From NCBI GenBank assembly GCA_024698685.1, contig JAILQZ010000012.1:1-61456 (forward strand): DNA of 61,456 nt. Reading direction: 5' to 3'. Made by a program: the position numbers and the translations under genes. The DNA is from a bacterium. Lineage in GTDB: Bacteria > Actinomycetota > Coriobacteriia > Coriobacteriales > CADBOM01. Below the pieces are notes generated by a model. It was not told the DNA's origin. It did not search any database and saw nothing but the letters and a program-made list of their open reading frames with translations. Shown here piece by piece: positions 41,310 through 51,281 of the stretch (position 1 is the stretch's first letter; each line of letters starts with the position of its first letter).

Positions 41310-42839
41310 CTACTTCATTCCCTTGAAGCTGTTGCCGATGCCGACCCAGTTCTCCGGATAGGGGAGATACCTGTAGTTGAACGACTCCTTCTTCCTATCG
41401 GCTGTTGCGACGGTCTTGTAGAAGCCGAAGCTCTGGAGGCCGAACGGTCCGCTGATCATGCCGGAACCCGACTGGGCGACTCCGCCATGGGCGGTGCGGC
41501 GGTTCATCGCCTGAACGAGCACGTCGTTGATGCAGCAGGAGCCGAAGGAGAGCTGCTCGGTGCAGTAGTAGTTGTTGCCCTTGAGGTTGGTGGTGAAGAG
41601 GTACATCGCCGGGCTGGAGCCGCGCTTGAAGATGGTGTCGACGGCCTCCCTGAGGTCCTGGTATGCGAGGACCAGGATGATCGGACCGACGTTCTCCTTC
41701 TTCAGCAGCGGGCTGTTGTTCGAGCCGACGAGAATGCAGGTGGGCTCGACTGCGAGGGTCTCGGCGTCGTACTTGCCTCCGAAGAGGAGCTTGTCGTTGG
41801 AGCCGACGTTGTCGATGATGTCGAGCGCCAGGCGGAACTCCTCCTTGTTGAAGAGCTTCGGGCAGTTGGGGCTGTCGATCGGATGGTCGCCGTAGGTGCT
41901 CTTCACATACTCCCACATGCGGTTGATGAGCGGCTTGTAGAGGCTCTCGTGCGCGAAGACGCAGGAGGGAGCGGTGCGCAGACGGCCGCCCTGGATGCAC
42001 TTGCCCCACATGATGCGCTTGCCGGCATGCCTGAGATCGGCGGTGTGGTCGACGATGACCGGGTTGTTGCCGTTGAGCTGCATCGTGACGGACGCGCCGA
42101 CCTTGCCAGCTGCCGCGGTGATCGCGTTGCGCTTCTCAGCGGGGCCGGTGTAGTAGACCTTTGCGAAGCCGGCTTCTGCGATGGCCGTATCGACCGACTC
42201 GTCGCCGACCGTGAACTTCAGGCAGTTCTCCTTGAAGACCGGGCCGATGATCTTCTCGATGATCTGGTTGGTCCTCTCGAAGTGCGATGGGTTCTTGATG
42301 GTGCCGGTGCATCCGGCGGCAAGCAGGTTGATTGCAGGAATCATGGCTGCAGCGAAGGGGCTGCGAGACGAGTTGATGACGCACGTTGCGCCGATGGGCT
42401 GCCAGACCTCCCTGAACCGGGTGCTCTTGAAGATCAGCCTGTCCATGATAGGCAGGTGGTTGCGCGTCCTGGTCCAGTCGCGGACGTTCTTGTTCATGCA
42501 CTTGAACTCGTAGTGGACGGGAGCGACCTCGGTGAGGAACGCCTCGAACTCGCTGATCTTGAGGTCTGCGGCGATTGCCGGGACGAGCTGGTTCTCAAAC
42601 TCCTTTAGGTTGAGTGAGAAGAAGGAGACCGCCTTCTCGCGCTCCTTGATCGGGTAGTTCAGACGATGGTTGAAGTACTGCGTTTGCTTTTGGCAGAGAT
42701 CCTTGGCGTATTCCGGGGTGATCTTGGCGACGTCGACCTTGCGGGCAAACTCTATGGCCTCGTCCTCGGCGCGCTTCTCGAGTCGCTCCGCACGCAGCTC
42801 TTTGTAAGTCTTCTTTTCGTTCTTCTTTTTCTTTGCCAT
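41310..42839 (-). CDS. Aldehyde dehydrogenase-fold protein (ALDH3-like), catalytic residues substituted
   Basis: ALDH3 scaffold (AD..A..RI.WGK, EPT, P.AMYLFT, SFG.CCIND, GGV..SG.G, RY.PY) but MQLNGNNP for LELGGKSP and QGGRLRTAP for NAGQTCIAP. Confidence 0.8.
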   Translation of the reverse strand: MAKKKKNEKKTYKELRAERLEKRAEDEAIEFARKVDVAKITPEYAKDLCQKQTQYFNHRLNYPIKEREKAVSFFSLNLKEFENQLVPAIAADLKISEFEAFLTEVAPVHYEFKCMNKNVRDWTRTRNHLPIMDRLIFKSTRFREVWQPIGATCVINSSRSPFAAAMIPAINLLAAGCTGTIKNPSHFERTNQIIEKIIGPVFKENCLKFTVGDESVDTAIAEAGFAKVYYTGPAEKRNAITAAAGKVGASVTMQLNGNNPVIVDHTADLRHAGKRIMWGKCIQGGRLRTAPSCVFAHESLYKPLINRMWEYVKSTYGDHPIDSPNCPKLFNKEEFRLALDIIDNVGSNDKLLFGGKYDAETLAVEPTCILVGSNNSPLLKKENVGPIILVLAYQDLREAVDTIFKRGSSPAMYLFTTNLKGNNYYCTEQLSFGSCCINDVLVQAMNRRTAHGGVAQSGSGMISGPFGLQSFGFYKTVATADRKKESFNYRYLPYPENWVGIGNSFKGMK

Positions 42840-42972
42840 GAACCCTCTCCTGCTCTTCGATGCTCGGAAAGTCTGCGAATTTCGTTTGACAAAATCATAA
42901 TTATAGACGTAAAGGCGTTATGGGATAATCTTTTGGACGCAGTTGACGCTATTTGTAGGACAAGTGAGGGAA

Positions 42973-44157
42973 TTGTCGCCAAATCTTCCAGATTCCATAC
43001 TCGCATCGGCTTCTCCACGCCGCCGCGAACTTCTTCGCGATGCGGGGGCGTCCTTCATTTGCATCGCCTCCAATTGCGATGAGTCTGTCGATTCGAGGCT
43101 GCCTGCTGACGAGCAGGCGGTTGCGATAGCCAAGGCCAAGGCGCACGACGTGCTGGCCGCCCTCGGCGGTGATGATGCGCATCCGATCATCGGCTGCGAC
43201 ACGATGGTCGTGCTCGACGGCGAGATCTTCAACAAGCCCGCAGATGCCGCAGATGCACGACGCATGCTGGGCGCGCTCAGCGGCAGGGCCCATCAGGTCA
43301 TCAGCGGGGTCTGCATCCTGTTCGCAGGGGGCGAGGTCTCCTTCTCGCAGACCACCTCGGTAACGTTCAGGGATCTTTCCAGCGGCGAGATCGCTGACTA
43401 CATAGCGACTGGCGAGCCGTTCGACAAGGCTGGCGGCTACGGGATCCAAGGGGACGCCTCGAGGTTCGTCGAGGGACTCGATGGCAGCTACAGCAACGTC
43501 GTGGGATTCCCAATTGAAAGCGTCGTCGAGATCCTTGCGGGCCTGGAGTGCGAGCCGATGGACAAGACGAAGATCCGCAAGGCAGCAAAGGCCGCGCGCA
43601 AGGCGATCGGCCCCGCGAAGCGCGCGGAGCTCTCGAGGCTCGCGTGCGAGCGTGTGATGGGAATGCCTGAGTTCCGCGAGGCCAGGAGCATCGCAGTCTA
43701 CAGCCCATTCGGAGCCGAGCTCTCGCTCGATGCGATGCTGCAGGCGCTGCCCGAGGGCAAGGAGATATCCGTTCCCGTCGTGCTCGGCGGGCGCGAGATG
43801 GAGTTCGTCGTCGTGAGTCCGGAGGATGTTTTGAGTCCGGCGGCAGGCGGTTCTGCGGTCAAGCCCGATTTCATAGCCAAGCCAGCCGATCGCGCGAGTC
43901 TGCCCGAGGAAACGAAGGTGCTCGGCGAGAGCGAGATCGACCTGATCGTAGCGCCTGGCGTTGCCTTCGATGAGCTCAACAACCGCATCGGCTACGGCGG
44001 AGGGTACTACGATACCTATCTGGCCCGCGCTAATCTCGGCGCCAAGATCATCGGCATGTTCTTCGACGAGCAGATGTTCCACGGGCACTTCGCAACCGAG
44101 AGCTTCGACATGCCGTTGCCTGCTATCGCGACGCCCACGAGGGTGATTCGCCTTTGA
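42973..44157 (+). CDS. Fusion: Maf nucleotide pyrophosphatase + 5-formyltetrahydrofolate cyclo-ligase
   Basis: ILASASPRRRELL, GCDT, DKAGGYGIQG then APGVAFD..RIGYGGGYYD in one frame; start uncertain (42943-42973). Confidence 0.85.
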   Translation: MSPNLPDSILASASPRRRELLRDAGASFICIASNCDESVDSRLPADEQAVAIAKAKAHDVLAALGGDDAHPIIGCDTMVVLDGEIFNKPADAADARRMLGALSGRAHQVISGVCILFAGGEVSFSQTTSVTFRDLSSGEIADYIATGEPFDKAGGYGIQGDASRFVEGLDGSYSNVVGFPIESVVEILAGLECEPMDKTKIRKAAKAARKAIGPAKRAELSRLACERVMGMPEFREARSIAVYSPFGAELSLDAMLQALPEGKEISVPVVLGGREMEFVVVSPEDVLSPAAGGSAVKPDFIAKPADRASLPEETKVLGESEIDLIVAPGVAFDELNNRIGYGGGYYDTYLARANLGAKIIGMFFDEQMFHGHFATESFDMPLPAIATPTRVIRL

Positions 44158-44189
44158 GCTACTAGGAGCCGTTTCCGCAGCGAATAGCC

Positions 44190-46292
44190 CTAATCGCTCA
44201 GGTCGAGCTCCCTCATCGCGAGCTCGTTTCGCAGCATGCGCGCCGATTCCTTCGAGAGCTTGCCGCTTTCCTCTAGGCGGCGGATCGCAACGCGCTCGGC
44301 ACGGATGGCGAAGTCCTCGAGGTCGGCATCGTCGCCCTCGCTGTACCTCGCGAAAATGAATCCCTCGTGGCCGGGGATGAGCTTCGATATGCTCGAGCTC
44401 GAGGCGAACTCGAGGATTCTGTTCTCATAGGAGCGCTTCATATTCATCAGGTCGTCGACGGAAGCGCAATGCGAAAGCGAGCCGGTCTCGATGGCCTCGT
44501 CGATCTTCCCGAGCGCATTCTCCCTGTTGTTGCGCTTGATCTTCTTGTAGCTGTCGACCCAGACCTCGGAGAAGCTGCGCTCCTTCTCGATCATGCGCGG
44601 CCATTTGGGCGGCAGCGCGGCGCCGGCCTTCCGCAGGGAGCGGCGTTCCTTGAGCAGGGTCCAGCAATGCTCGAAGCAATCGCGGAGGGCCTTCGCGTTC
44701 TCGACGAGGACGCTCATCGAGGCGAGCCTCGCGCGGGCCCGAGCTAGCGCGCAGACGAAGGAATAGCCGCATAGCGGGTTAACCTTGCGGGAGGCGACCA
44801 TGCTGAGCACGCTGTCGGTTTCCCAGGAGATCAGCATCATGATGAGGTCGATGTGGCGCTGCGGTTCGATGTCGTGCTCCTCGCGCAGCCTCCCGATTCG
44901 TCTCCGGTAGTGCGACACGATAGCGTTGATCGCCGCCTCGTTCTCGGGCGTGCGCCTCTCGCCCAGCGCGTCGATGATCTTCCGGTACTCCTCGATCATC
45001 AGCTCGGCCTCGCTGCTTTCCAGGCCTCCGTCATCGATGGGCTTTGGCAACAGCAGCGGCAGGATGAAGTTCGCAACCAGCAGCGTGAGCAGGATAACCC
45101 CACTGGCCAGGAAGAGGATGAGCTCGCGCTCGGGGAAGGGATCGCCGGTGATCAGCACGGCGGGTATAGACATGGCGATAGCGAAGGTGACGACTCCCTT
45201 GGCACCGGCAAGCGTCATGATCAGCGTCGACCTCAGCTTGTTCTTGGCGTAGGTGCCGGTCGAGATGTCGGAGCGGACGTCGTCGTTGGTCTTGATGGAG
45301 AGGACCCAGATGAACCTGACGGCGTAGAGCATGAGCGTGATGGCGACTACGAACAGGACCAGGCGCCAGTTTGGTATCGCGGGGTTGACCCATACGGTGG
45401 GCAGGATCTGCGGGAGCAGGATTCCCATCATCACGAACACGATGCTGTTGAGCGAGAAGGTCAGCGTGTTCCAGACGCTCTCCGAGACCACGCTGTCCTG
45501 CGCTCCCTTGGCCTTGTGCCTGTCGGAGGACATCGAGTACATGATGCCTGCGGTGACTACGGCGATGATCTCGCTGACATGGAAGAGGCTTGCGATCAGG
45601 AAGACGAGGAATGGGGTGATCACCTCGAAGATCGTGATGAAGGCGGGGTTGTCGAGGCCGATGTTGGCGATGCCGCGCATTATGAGGCCGCGAATGAACA
45701 TCAGCGCGATGCCGACGACTATGCCGCCTGCGAAGCTGACGAGCGTTGCGAGCGTGGCTGCGAAAAGCGAGAACGAGCCGATGACGATAGCGCGCAGTGC
45801 GAACTGGAATGAGACCAGGGAAGAGGCATCGTTCAGGAGCGCCTCTCCTGTGAGGAGGACCTGTTGCCTGTTGGAAATGGGCACGCGCTTGGTTAGCGCG
45901 GAGACCGCCACCGGGTCGGTTGGCCCGAGCGCCGCAGCGAAGGCGAATGCGGCGGCGAGCGGGATGGATGGGACGATTGCGTGGGTGAAGAAGCCGACGA
46001 TGATCGCGAGTGCGAAGACGAGTCCGACCGCCAGCGAGAGCACAGGGCCCTTCTGGTCCCAGAAGGTGCGCTTGTCGAGCTGGAAGCCATCGTCGAAGAG
46101 GATCGGCGCGATGAACAGGACCAGGAACAGCTCGGTGTCGAAGCCGGTGATCTTCGTGGTTGCGAAGATCGATATCAGCACGCCGAGGACTATCTGGATC
46201 AGAGGGGTGGAGACCTTAGGGAGGTAGTCGTTGACGACCACCGACACCAAGACGGCGATGAACATGGATATGACGAGAAGAAAGAGATCCAT
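44190..46292 (-). CDS. CPA1 Na+/H+ antiporter (NhaP/NhaK-like) with long C-terminal tail
   Basis: FIAPILF, ALGPTDPVAV, GEALLNDAS, G.KG.VT.A. Confidence 0.9.
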   Translation of the reverse strand: MDLFLLVISMFIAVLVSVVVNDYLPKVSTPLIQIVLGVLISIFATTKITGFDTELFLVLFIAPILFDDGFQLDKRTFWDQKGPVLSLAVGLVFALAIIVGFFTHAIVPSIPLAAAFAFAAALGPTDPVAVSALTKRVPISNRQQVLLTGEALLNDASSLVSFQFALRAIVIGSFSLFAATLATLVSFAGGIVVGIALMFIRGLIMRGIANIGLDNPAFITIFEVITPFLVFLIASLFHVSEIIAVVTAGIMYSMSSDRHKAKGAQDSVVSESVWNTLTFSLNSIVFVMMGILLPQILPTVWVNPAIPNWRLVLFVVAITLMLYAVRFIWVLSIKTNDDVRSDISTGTYAKNKLRSTLIMTLAGAKGVVTFAIAMSIPAVLITGDPFPERELILFLASGVILLTLLVANFILPLLLPKPIDDGGLESSEAELMIEEYRKIIDALGERRTPENEAAINAIVSHYRRRIGRLREEHDIEPQRHIDLIMMLISWETDSVLSMVASRKVNPLCGYSFVCALARARARLASMSVLVENAKALRDCFEHCWTLLKERRSLRKAGAALPPKWPRMIEKERSFSEVWVDSYKKIKRNNRENALGKIDEAIETGSLSHCASVDDLMNMKRSYENRILEFASSSSISKLIPGHEGFIFARYSEGDDADLEDFAIRAERVAIRRLEESGKLSKESARMLRNELAMRELDLSD

Positions 46293-46510
46293 TCCTCTCC
46301 TTCATGGTCGATGGCTTCTGCGTTTGCCCGCGATGCAGGCGCTTGCGGTGGTCGTGCAGCCGATGGCGCAGCCTGAGTCGGAAGATGCGCGGATGCGCGA
46401 AATGTTCCGATTACATTCTATCAAGCGGTCATTTGCTGCTAGCATAAAAACACGCAATATACGCATTTGCGCCGCGTGGCGCTGGCGCGTGAGGGGAGAG
46501 CAGGCGAAAC

Positions 46511-47689
46511 GTGGTCGATAGGATCAGGCTCGTGGAGAGGGCGCTCGGGACGAGCATCCTGACGCAGGGCGTCGTCATCGACGAGGGCATGTGCGTTGCC
46601 GCGAGGCATAGGCGCTGCGTCTGCTCTAAGTGCATCGATGCTTGCCCGCACGGCGCGCTTTCCATCGAGGGGCGCAGCGTGGTCTGCGACGCGTCGGCCT
46701 GCACCCACTGCGGAGCATGCATTAGCGCGTGCCCGACAGAGGCGATCGCCTCCACGCTGCTTTCGAAGAAGGACCTTCTGGCCAGGCTCGTCAGCTCTAT
46801 CGAGGCCACCGAGCGCAGGCCGGTGCTGGCTTGCTCGGAGGCTCTGGGCGCGCTAACGGCCGAAGGGCGCTTCGCCAATGACAGGGTTGTCGCTCTGCCG
46901 TGCCTCGACCGCATCGACGAGGCGTTGCTGCTGAGCGCGTTGGCCATGCACGGCAGCGAGGTCTCGCTTGTCTGCGGCAATTGCGAAGAATGCGAGATCG
47001 GTTGCGGCGCGTTCGGGCAGGTTTTGGCTTCCGTGCAGGGGATTCTCCAGCAAGCGGGGCTTGGCGAAGGGGTTCGCTTCGAGGCAGCTCGCGAGTTTCC
47101 GGCGCACGCATTCGGGGCGGAGAGCGTCGAGGCCGGCGAGCCGGATGAGCCATCCAAGGGACGCTCCTCGCTGAGCAGGCGCGAGCTGCTCTCCGGAACC
47201 AGGGGCAGGATCGCCAAGGCGGCCAGCGATGTTGCCGACGAGGTCATCGTGGGTTCGGCGCTCCACTCGATAGCCTCGCAGCTGGGGCTACTGGAGCCCG
47301 ATTCGCCGATTGTAGCCTCCTCGCGAGGGCAGGTGAGCGCATGGGCGATCGGCGCGCTGGCGGAGCCGCTGCTCTCCGGCGAGCGGCAGGACGAAGAGCG
47401 CGCGATGCACATCGCCTCATGCAGGGTGGATTCGCGGATCTTCGGGCTCCCGCAGATCGACTTCGGCAAGTGCCACAACTGCCATCTCTGCACCACGTAT
47501 TGCCCAACCGGCGCGCTGGCCAAGAGATCCGAGGGGCCGAAGGTTCTCGGCTTCGAGACAAGGCAGCATCTGTGCTGCCAGTGCTTGGCATGCGTCAACA
47601 TATGCAAGGTCGGGGCGCTCGAACTGAAGACCAGCGTGCGTCTCTCCGATGTGCTGCTCGAGAAGGCGCGCTGCCAGCTCTACGACTGA
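46511..47689 (+). CDS. Multi-[4Fe-4S] ferredoxin-like protein
   Basis: CxxCxxCxxxCP-type motifs at both termini, central PC..R and CxxC. Confidence 0.8.
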   Translation: MVDRIRLVERALGTSILTQGVVIDEGMCVAARHRRCVCSKCIDACPHGALSIEGRSVVCDASACTHCGACISACPTEAIASTLLSKKDLLARLVSSIEATERRPVLACSEALGALTAEGRFANDRVVALPCLDRIDEALLLSALAMHGSEVSLVCGNCEECEIGCGAFGQVLASVQGILQQAGLGEGVRFEAAREFPAHAFGAESVEAGEPDEPSKGRSSLSRRELLSGTRGRIAKAASDVADEVIVGSALHSIASQLGLLEPDSPIVASSRGQVSAWAIGALAEPLLSGERQDEERAMHIASCRVDSRIFGLPQIDFGKCHNCHLCTTYCPTGALAKRSEGPKVLGFETRQHLCCQCLACVNICKVGALELKTSVRLSDVLLEKARCQLYD

Positions 47690-47773
47690 TCGGCATCGGC
47701 AAGCCCGCCGCAAAACGAAGAAGCCCGAGCCTTCTGGCCCGGGCTTCCATGCTTCAAAGATGCAGGCAGGCTG

Positions 47774-49126
47774 CTACTCGAGCTCGTCCTCCTCTGCGTC
47801 GATCGCCTTGTAGGCGGGGCGCATGATGCGCTTGCCGGAGATGAGCTCCTCGAAGCGATGGGCGCTCCAACCGGCCATGCGCGCGCACGCGAAGAGCGGC
47901 GTGAAGAGGTCCTCCGGGATTCCGAGCATGCGGTAGACGAGGCCGCTGAACATGTCGATGTTCGGGCAGATCAGCTTGGACGTGTGCTTGGACTTGCCGA
48001 TGATCTTCGGGGACATGTCGGCGACCTTCTCCAGCAATGCGAATTCCGGCTCGAACTCGGTGCCTGCGGCAAGGCGACGAGCCCGCTCCCTGCAGATGTC
48101 GGCCCTGGGGTCGGAGAGGGTGTAGACCGCATGGCCCATTCCGTAGACCAGGCCCTGGCGGTCGAAGGCCTCCTTGTTGACGATCTTGCGAATGTAGTCG
48201 GCCACCTCGCCGTCGTCTTCCCAGTTGGAGACGTTGGCCTTGATGTCATCGAACATCTCCGAAACCTTGATGTTCGCACCGCCGTGCAGCGGGCCCTTGA
48301 GCGAGCCTATCGCGCCAGCGTAGGCGGAGTAGGGGTCGGTGCCGGAGGAGGTGAGGCAGCGGCAGGTGAAAGTCGAGTTGTTTCCACCGCCGTGCTCTGC
48401 GTGGATCATCAGCATGGTGTCGAGCATGCGCGCCTCTTCGTGCGTGAACTCGCGGTTCGCGCGCAGCATCGAGAGGATGGTTTCAGCGGTCGATTGGCCG
48501 GGGATGTACTGATGGATGATCATCGACTCGTTGTCGTAGTAGGAGCGCTTTGCGTAGTAGCCGAGCACTGCGATGCGCGGAAGGCGCGAGAGCAGCGAGA
48601 TGGCAACCTGCAGCTCGTGCTCTGGCGCGGTGCTCTCGGGGTTCTCGTCATAGGAGTAGAGGTTGGCGATGGAGCGCTCGAGGAGGTTCATGATGTTGCG
48701 CGTCGGAGGCTTCATGATGTAGTCGCCGATGAAGTGCTCGGGAAGGTCGCGGGAAACCCCGATCGATTCCTGGAACAGCTTGAGCCCCTTCTCCGACGGG
48801 CGCTTGCCGACGAGCAGCAGGTAGCAGATCTCCTCGAAGCCGAAGCGATCGGTTTCCTCGACCTCGCGCACGAGGTCCTTGATGTTATAGCCTCGGTAGG
48901 TCAGCTCGCCCTCGATGGGATACTTGTCGCCCTCGCTCACGAGGTATCCGTGAACGTTAGAGATCCTGGTGATGCCGACGACGACGCCGGTGCCATCGGA
49001 ATTCCTCAGGCCGCGCTTGACGCCGTATTGCTCAAAGAGTGCGGGGTCGACGGTGTTGCGCTCGATGTATCGCTGGATGAGAGCCTCACGCGATTCGGGT
49101 CTGATCGCAGGGAAGTGATTGGCCAT
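47774..49126 (-). CDS. gltA: Citrate synthase (citrate/2-methylcitrate synthase family)
   Basis: HAEHGGGNNSTF, GPLHGGAN, YGMGHAVY..SDPR, PNIDMFSG, AR.AGW.AH. Confidence 0.9.
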   Translation of the reverse strand: MANHFPAIRPESREALIQRYIERNTVDPALFEQYGVKRGLRNSDGTGVVVGITRISNVHGYLVSEGDKYPIEGELTYRGYNIKDLVREVEETDRFGFEEICYLLLVGKRPSEKGLKLFQESIGVSRDLPEHFIGDYIMKPPTRNIMNLLERSIANLYSYDENPESTAPEHELQVAISLLSRLPRIAVLGYYAKRSYYDNESMIIHQYIPGQSTAETILSMLRANREFTHEEARMLDTMLMIHAEHGGGNNSTFTCRCLTSSGTDPYSAYAGAIGSLKGPLHGGANIKVSEMFDDIKANVSNWEDDGEVADYIRKIVNKEAFDRQGLVYGMGHAVYTLSDPRADICRERARRLAAGTEFEPEFALLEKVADMSPKIIGKSKHTSKLICPNIDMFSGLVYRMLGIPEDLFTPLFACARMAGWSAHRFEELISGKRIMRPAYKAIDAEEDELE

Positions 49127-49438
49127 TTCCGCCCCCTTTCGAATTTTGCGAATGCTTATAGAAAATCCATTATAGGGCAACTCGATTGTTCATCGTCGTT
49201 AATACCGTGAGTGTTGGGCGCTACGGCTGGCAGCCGCGGCCGCGCTCTCGCCGCAGCGGTAGGGTTGCCACGGCAGACGGCAAGCATCCTCCTGACAAGC
49301 GCATTTTGACGGCGTTAGCGGCGCGATATCTGTAGCTTTCGTGACAAAATGGAATTAGCCGTTTTCAGGTGGCATAATATCTGAAACGCAAAGGGATTCA
49401 CCATTCGTCGGTTACGGAAAAGCAGGCGGTAGCAACAG

Positions 49439-49690
49439 ATGTTCATGCTTGTCGGAAATTTGTTCAGGATCTTCATAGGTGTCGGCATTGTCGCGGCCAT
49501 CGTAATCGTCGTCATGCTTTCAAGGGGCTCTAGGCGCTTCAAGGGTTCGGGCGGACGCGGCAGGATGAATTCGAGCCAGTCGGGCTCGAGCAAGTCCTAC
49601 ACCAACAGCACGCGCTCAAACTACCACGGCTCTCCCGACGATCTGGTAGAGGTTCCCATCATCGAGGTCAACGACGTCAAGGAAGACTAA
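49439..49690 (+). CDS. Small single-TM hypothetical protein
   Basis: N-terminal TM, basic then Ser/Gly-rich linker, acidic tail; host-like codons; CATAAT upstream. Confidence 0.6.
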   Translation: MFMLVGNLFRIFIGVGIVAAIVIVVMLSRGSRRFKGSGGRGRMNSSQSGSSKSYTNSTRSNYHGSPDDLVEVPIIEVNDVKED

Positions 49691-49741
49691 GCGGGCAGCA
49701 TATCCACCCGCTTCGACGTCGCTCTCTTTCCAGCACGATTC

Positions 49742-51130
49742 CTACGATTCGGTTTCCTTCTCGGCCTCTGCATTCGCCTCGGCTTCGGCCTCCTTCTTGC
49801 CCATGCCGAAGTTCTTGGGAAGCACCAGGTTCAGGATCACCGCCACGATGAACGAAAGCGCCACGCTGTTGCCGCCGAAGAGGCTCTGCAGCATCGCAGG
49901 GAAGATGTCGAACATTCCTGCGACCTGCGTGAATCCGATGCCGATGCCAAGGGCCGTCGCTGCGATGGTGAGGTTGCGCTGGGTGAAGCCAGCCTCGGAC
50001 ATCATCTGGAAGCCGCTGACGAGGATGCTGCCGAACATCATGATCGTGCAGCCGCCCAGCACGGCCTGCGGCACCGAGCTGAAGACCGAGCCGATGGCAG
50101 GCACGAAGCCTGCGAGCACGAGAACTGCGGCGCCGGTGGCGATAGCCTTGCGGTTGATCACGTGCGTCATCGAGATTAGGCCGATGTTCTGGCCGAACGA
50201 ATCGAGCGGCATCACGCCGAACACTCCCGAAAGCGAGCTCGTCAGGCCGTCGGCCACGATCGAGCCGGTCATCTCGTCCTTGGTGACCTCGCGGTCGAAC
50301 GAGACCTTGGCCACTGCGGTGGTGTCGCCGATGGTGTCGGTGGCGCTGACGATGTAGAGCAGCGTGATCGAGATGATCGCGCCGATGTCGAATTCGGGCG
50401 TGAACGGGAGGATCTCGGGAATCTGGATTACCGAGATGCCCTGGAAGACCGAGAAGTCGACCTTGCCCATGAAGATGGCCACTATGTAGCCCGCGATCAT
50501 GCCGAAGAGGATGGAGAGCGGCTTGAGCTTTCGCGGGGCGAGCGCCTGCCATCCGAGGCAGACGACCAGCGAGACGGTGCCGATGATGAAGTTGGGGGCG
50601 GTGGCGAAATCCTCGGCTCCAGCTCCGCCGGCGAAGGACTTGGCACCTACGGCGAGCAGTGAGAATCCGATGGTGGCAACCACGGTGCCCGCAACGACGG
50701 GCGTTATGAGCTTGATCCAGTACTTGGCGAAGAGACCGAGAACGCCCTCGACGATGCCGCCGATGATCACGGCGCCCACAACCACGCCGTAGCCCTGTGT
50801 GGCGGCGATGGTCGAGACCAGGGCAACGAACGACATCGCCACGCCCATGACGATCGGCATCCGAGCGCCGATCTTCCAGACTCCGAAGAGCTGGATGAAG
50901 GTGCCGATGCCCGCGCAGAGCATGGCGTTCTGCAGCAGCACGGTGGTTTGGATCGAATCGAATCCGGCAGCAGCGCAAACGAGAAGGATCGGCGCGAGGT
51001 TCGCGACGAACATCGTCAGCACGTGCTGGATTCCGTAGGGGATGCCTTGCCAGAATCTGATCTTGCCGTCCCACTTGCCTAGCTCGGCTGCAAGATCGCC
51101 CTTGGTGGCTTTCTTGGTATCGTCGCTCAT
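49742..51130 (-). CDS. NCS2/NAT nucleobase permease (xanthine/uric acid-like)
   Basis: G.QHVL.MF, G.R.PIVMG, SFGQNIGLISMT signature. Confidence 0.92.
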   Translation of the reverse strand: MSDDTKKATKGDLAAELGKWDGKIRFWQGIPYGIQHVLTMFVANLAPILLVCAAAGFDSIQTTVLLQNAMLCAGIGTFIQLFGVWKIGARMPIVMGVAMSFVALVSTIAATQGYGVVVGAVIIGGIVEGVLGLFAKYWIKLITPVVAGTVVATIGFSLLAVGAKSFAGGAGAEDFATAPNFIIGTVSLVVCLGWQALAPRKLKPLSILFGMIAGYIVAIFMGKVDFSVFQGISVIQIPEILPFTPEFDIGAIISITLLYIVSATDTIGDTTAVAKVSFDREVTKDEMTGSIVADGLTSSLSGVFGVMPLDSFGQNIGLISMTHVINRKAIATGAAVLVLAGFVPAIGSVFSSVPQAVLGGCTIMMFGSILVSGFQMMSEAGFTQRNLTIAATALGIGIGFTQVAGMFDIFPAMLQSLFGGNSVALSFIVAVILNLVLPKNFGMGKKEAEAEANAEAEKETES

Positions 51131-51184
51131 TTGAGCCCCAATCAACGGAGATGCAGTTAATTCATTTAACGGATGCCAACCCCC

Positions 51185-51212
51185 ATTTTAGTGCTGCTGC
51201 GCATTGCTGCAA
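51185..51212 (-). promoter_or_regulatory. Promoter of NCS2 permease
   Basis: TTGCAG-N16-TAAAAT; GTTAA-N5-TTAAC palindrome just downstream (51156-51170). Confidence 0.5.
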
Positions 51213-51215
51213 ATC

Positions 51216-51249
51216 AAAAGGCGCGTTCGGCCTCAACCGAGCGCGCCTT
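51216..51249 (-). terminator. Intrinsic terminator after UroD-family gene
   Basis: AAGGCGCGCTCGG..CCGAACGCGCC TTTT. Confidence 0.7.
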
Positions 51250-51281
51250 CACGCGAATGATTGCCTGAATGAATCGGCGGC

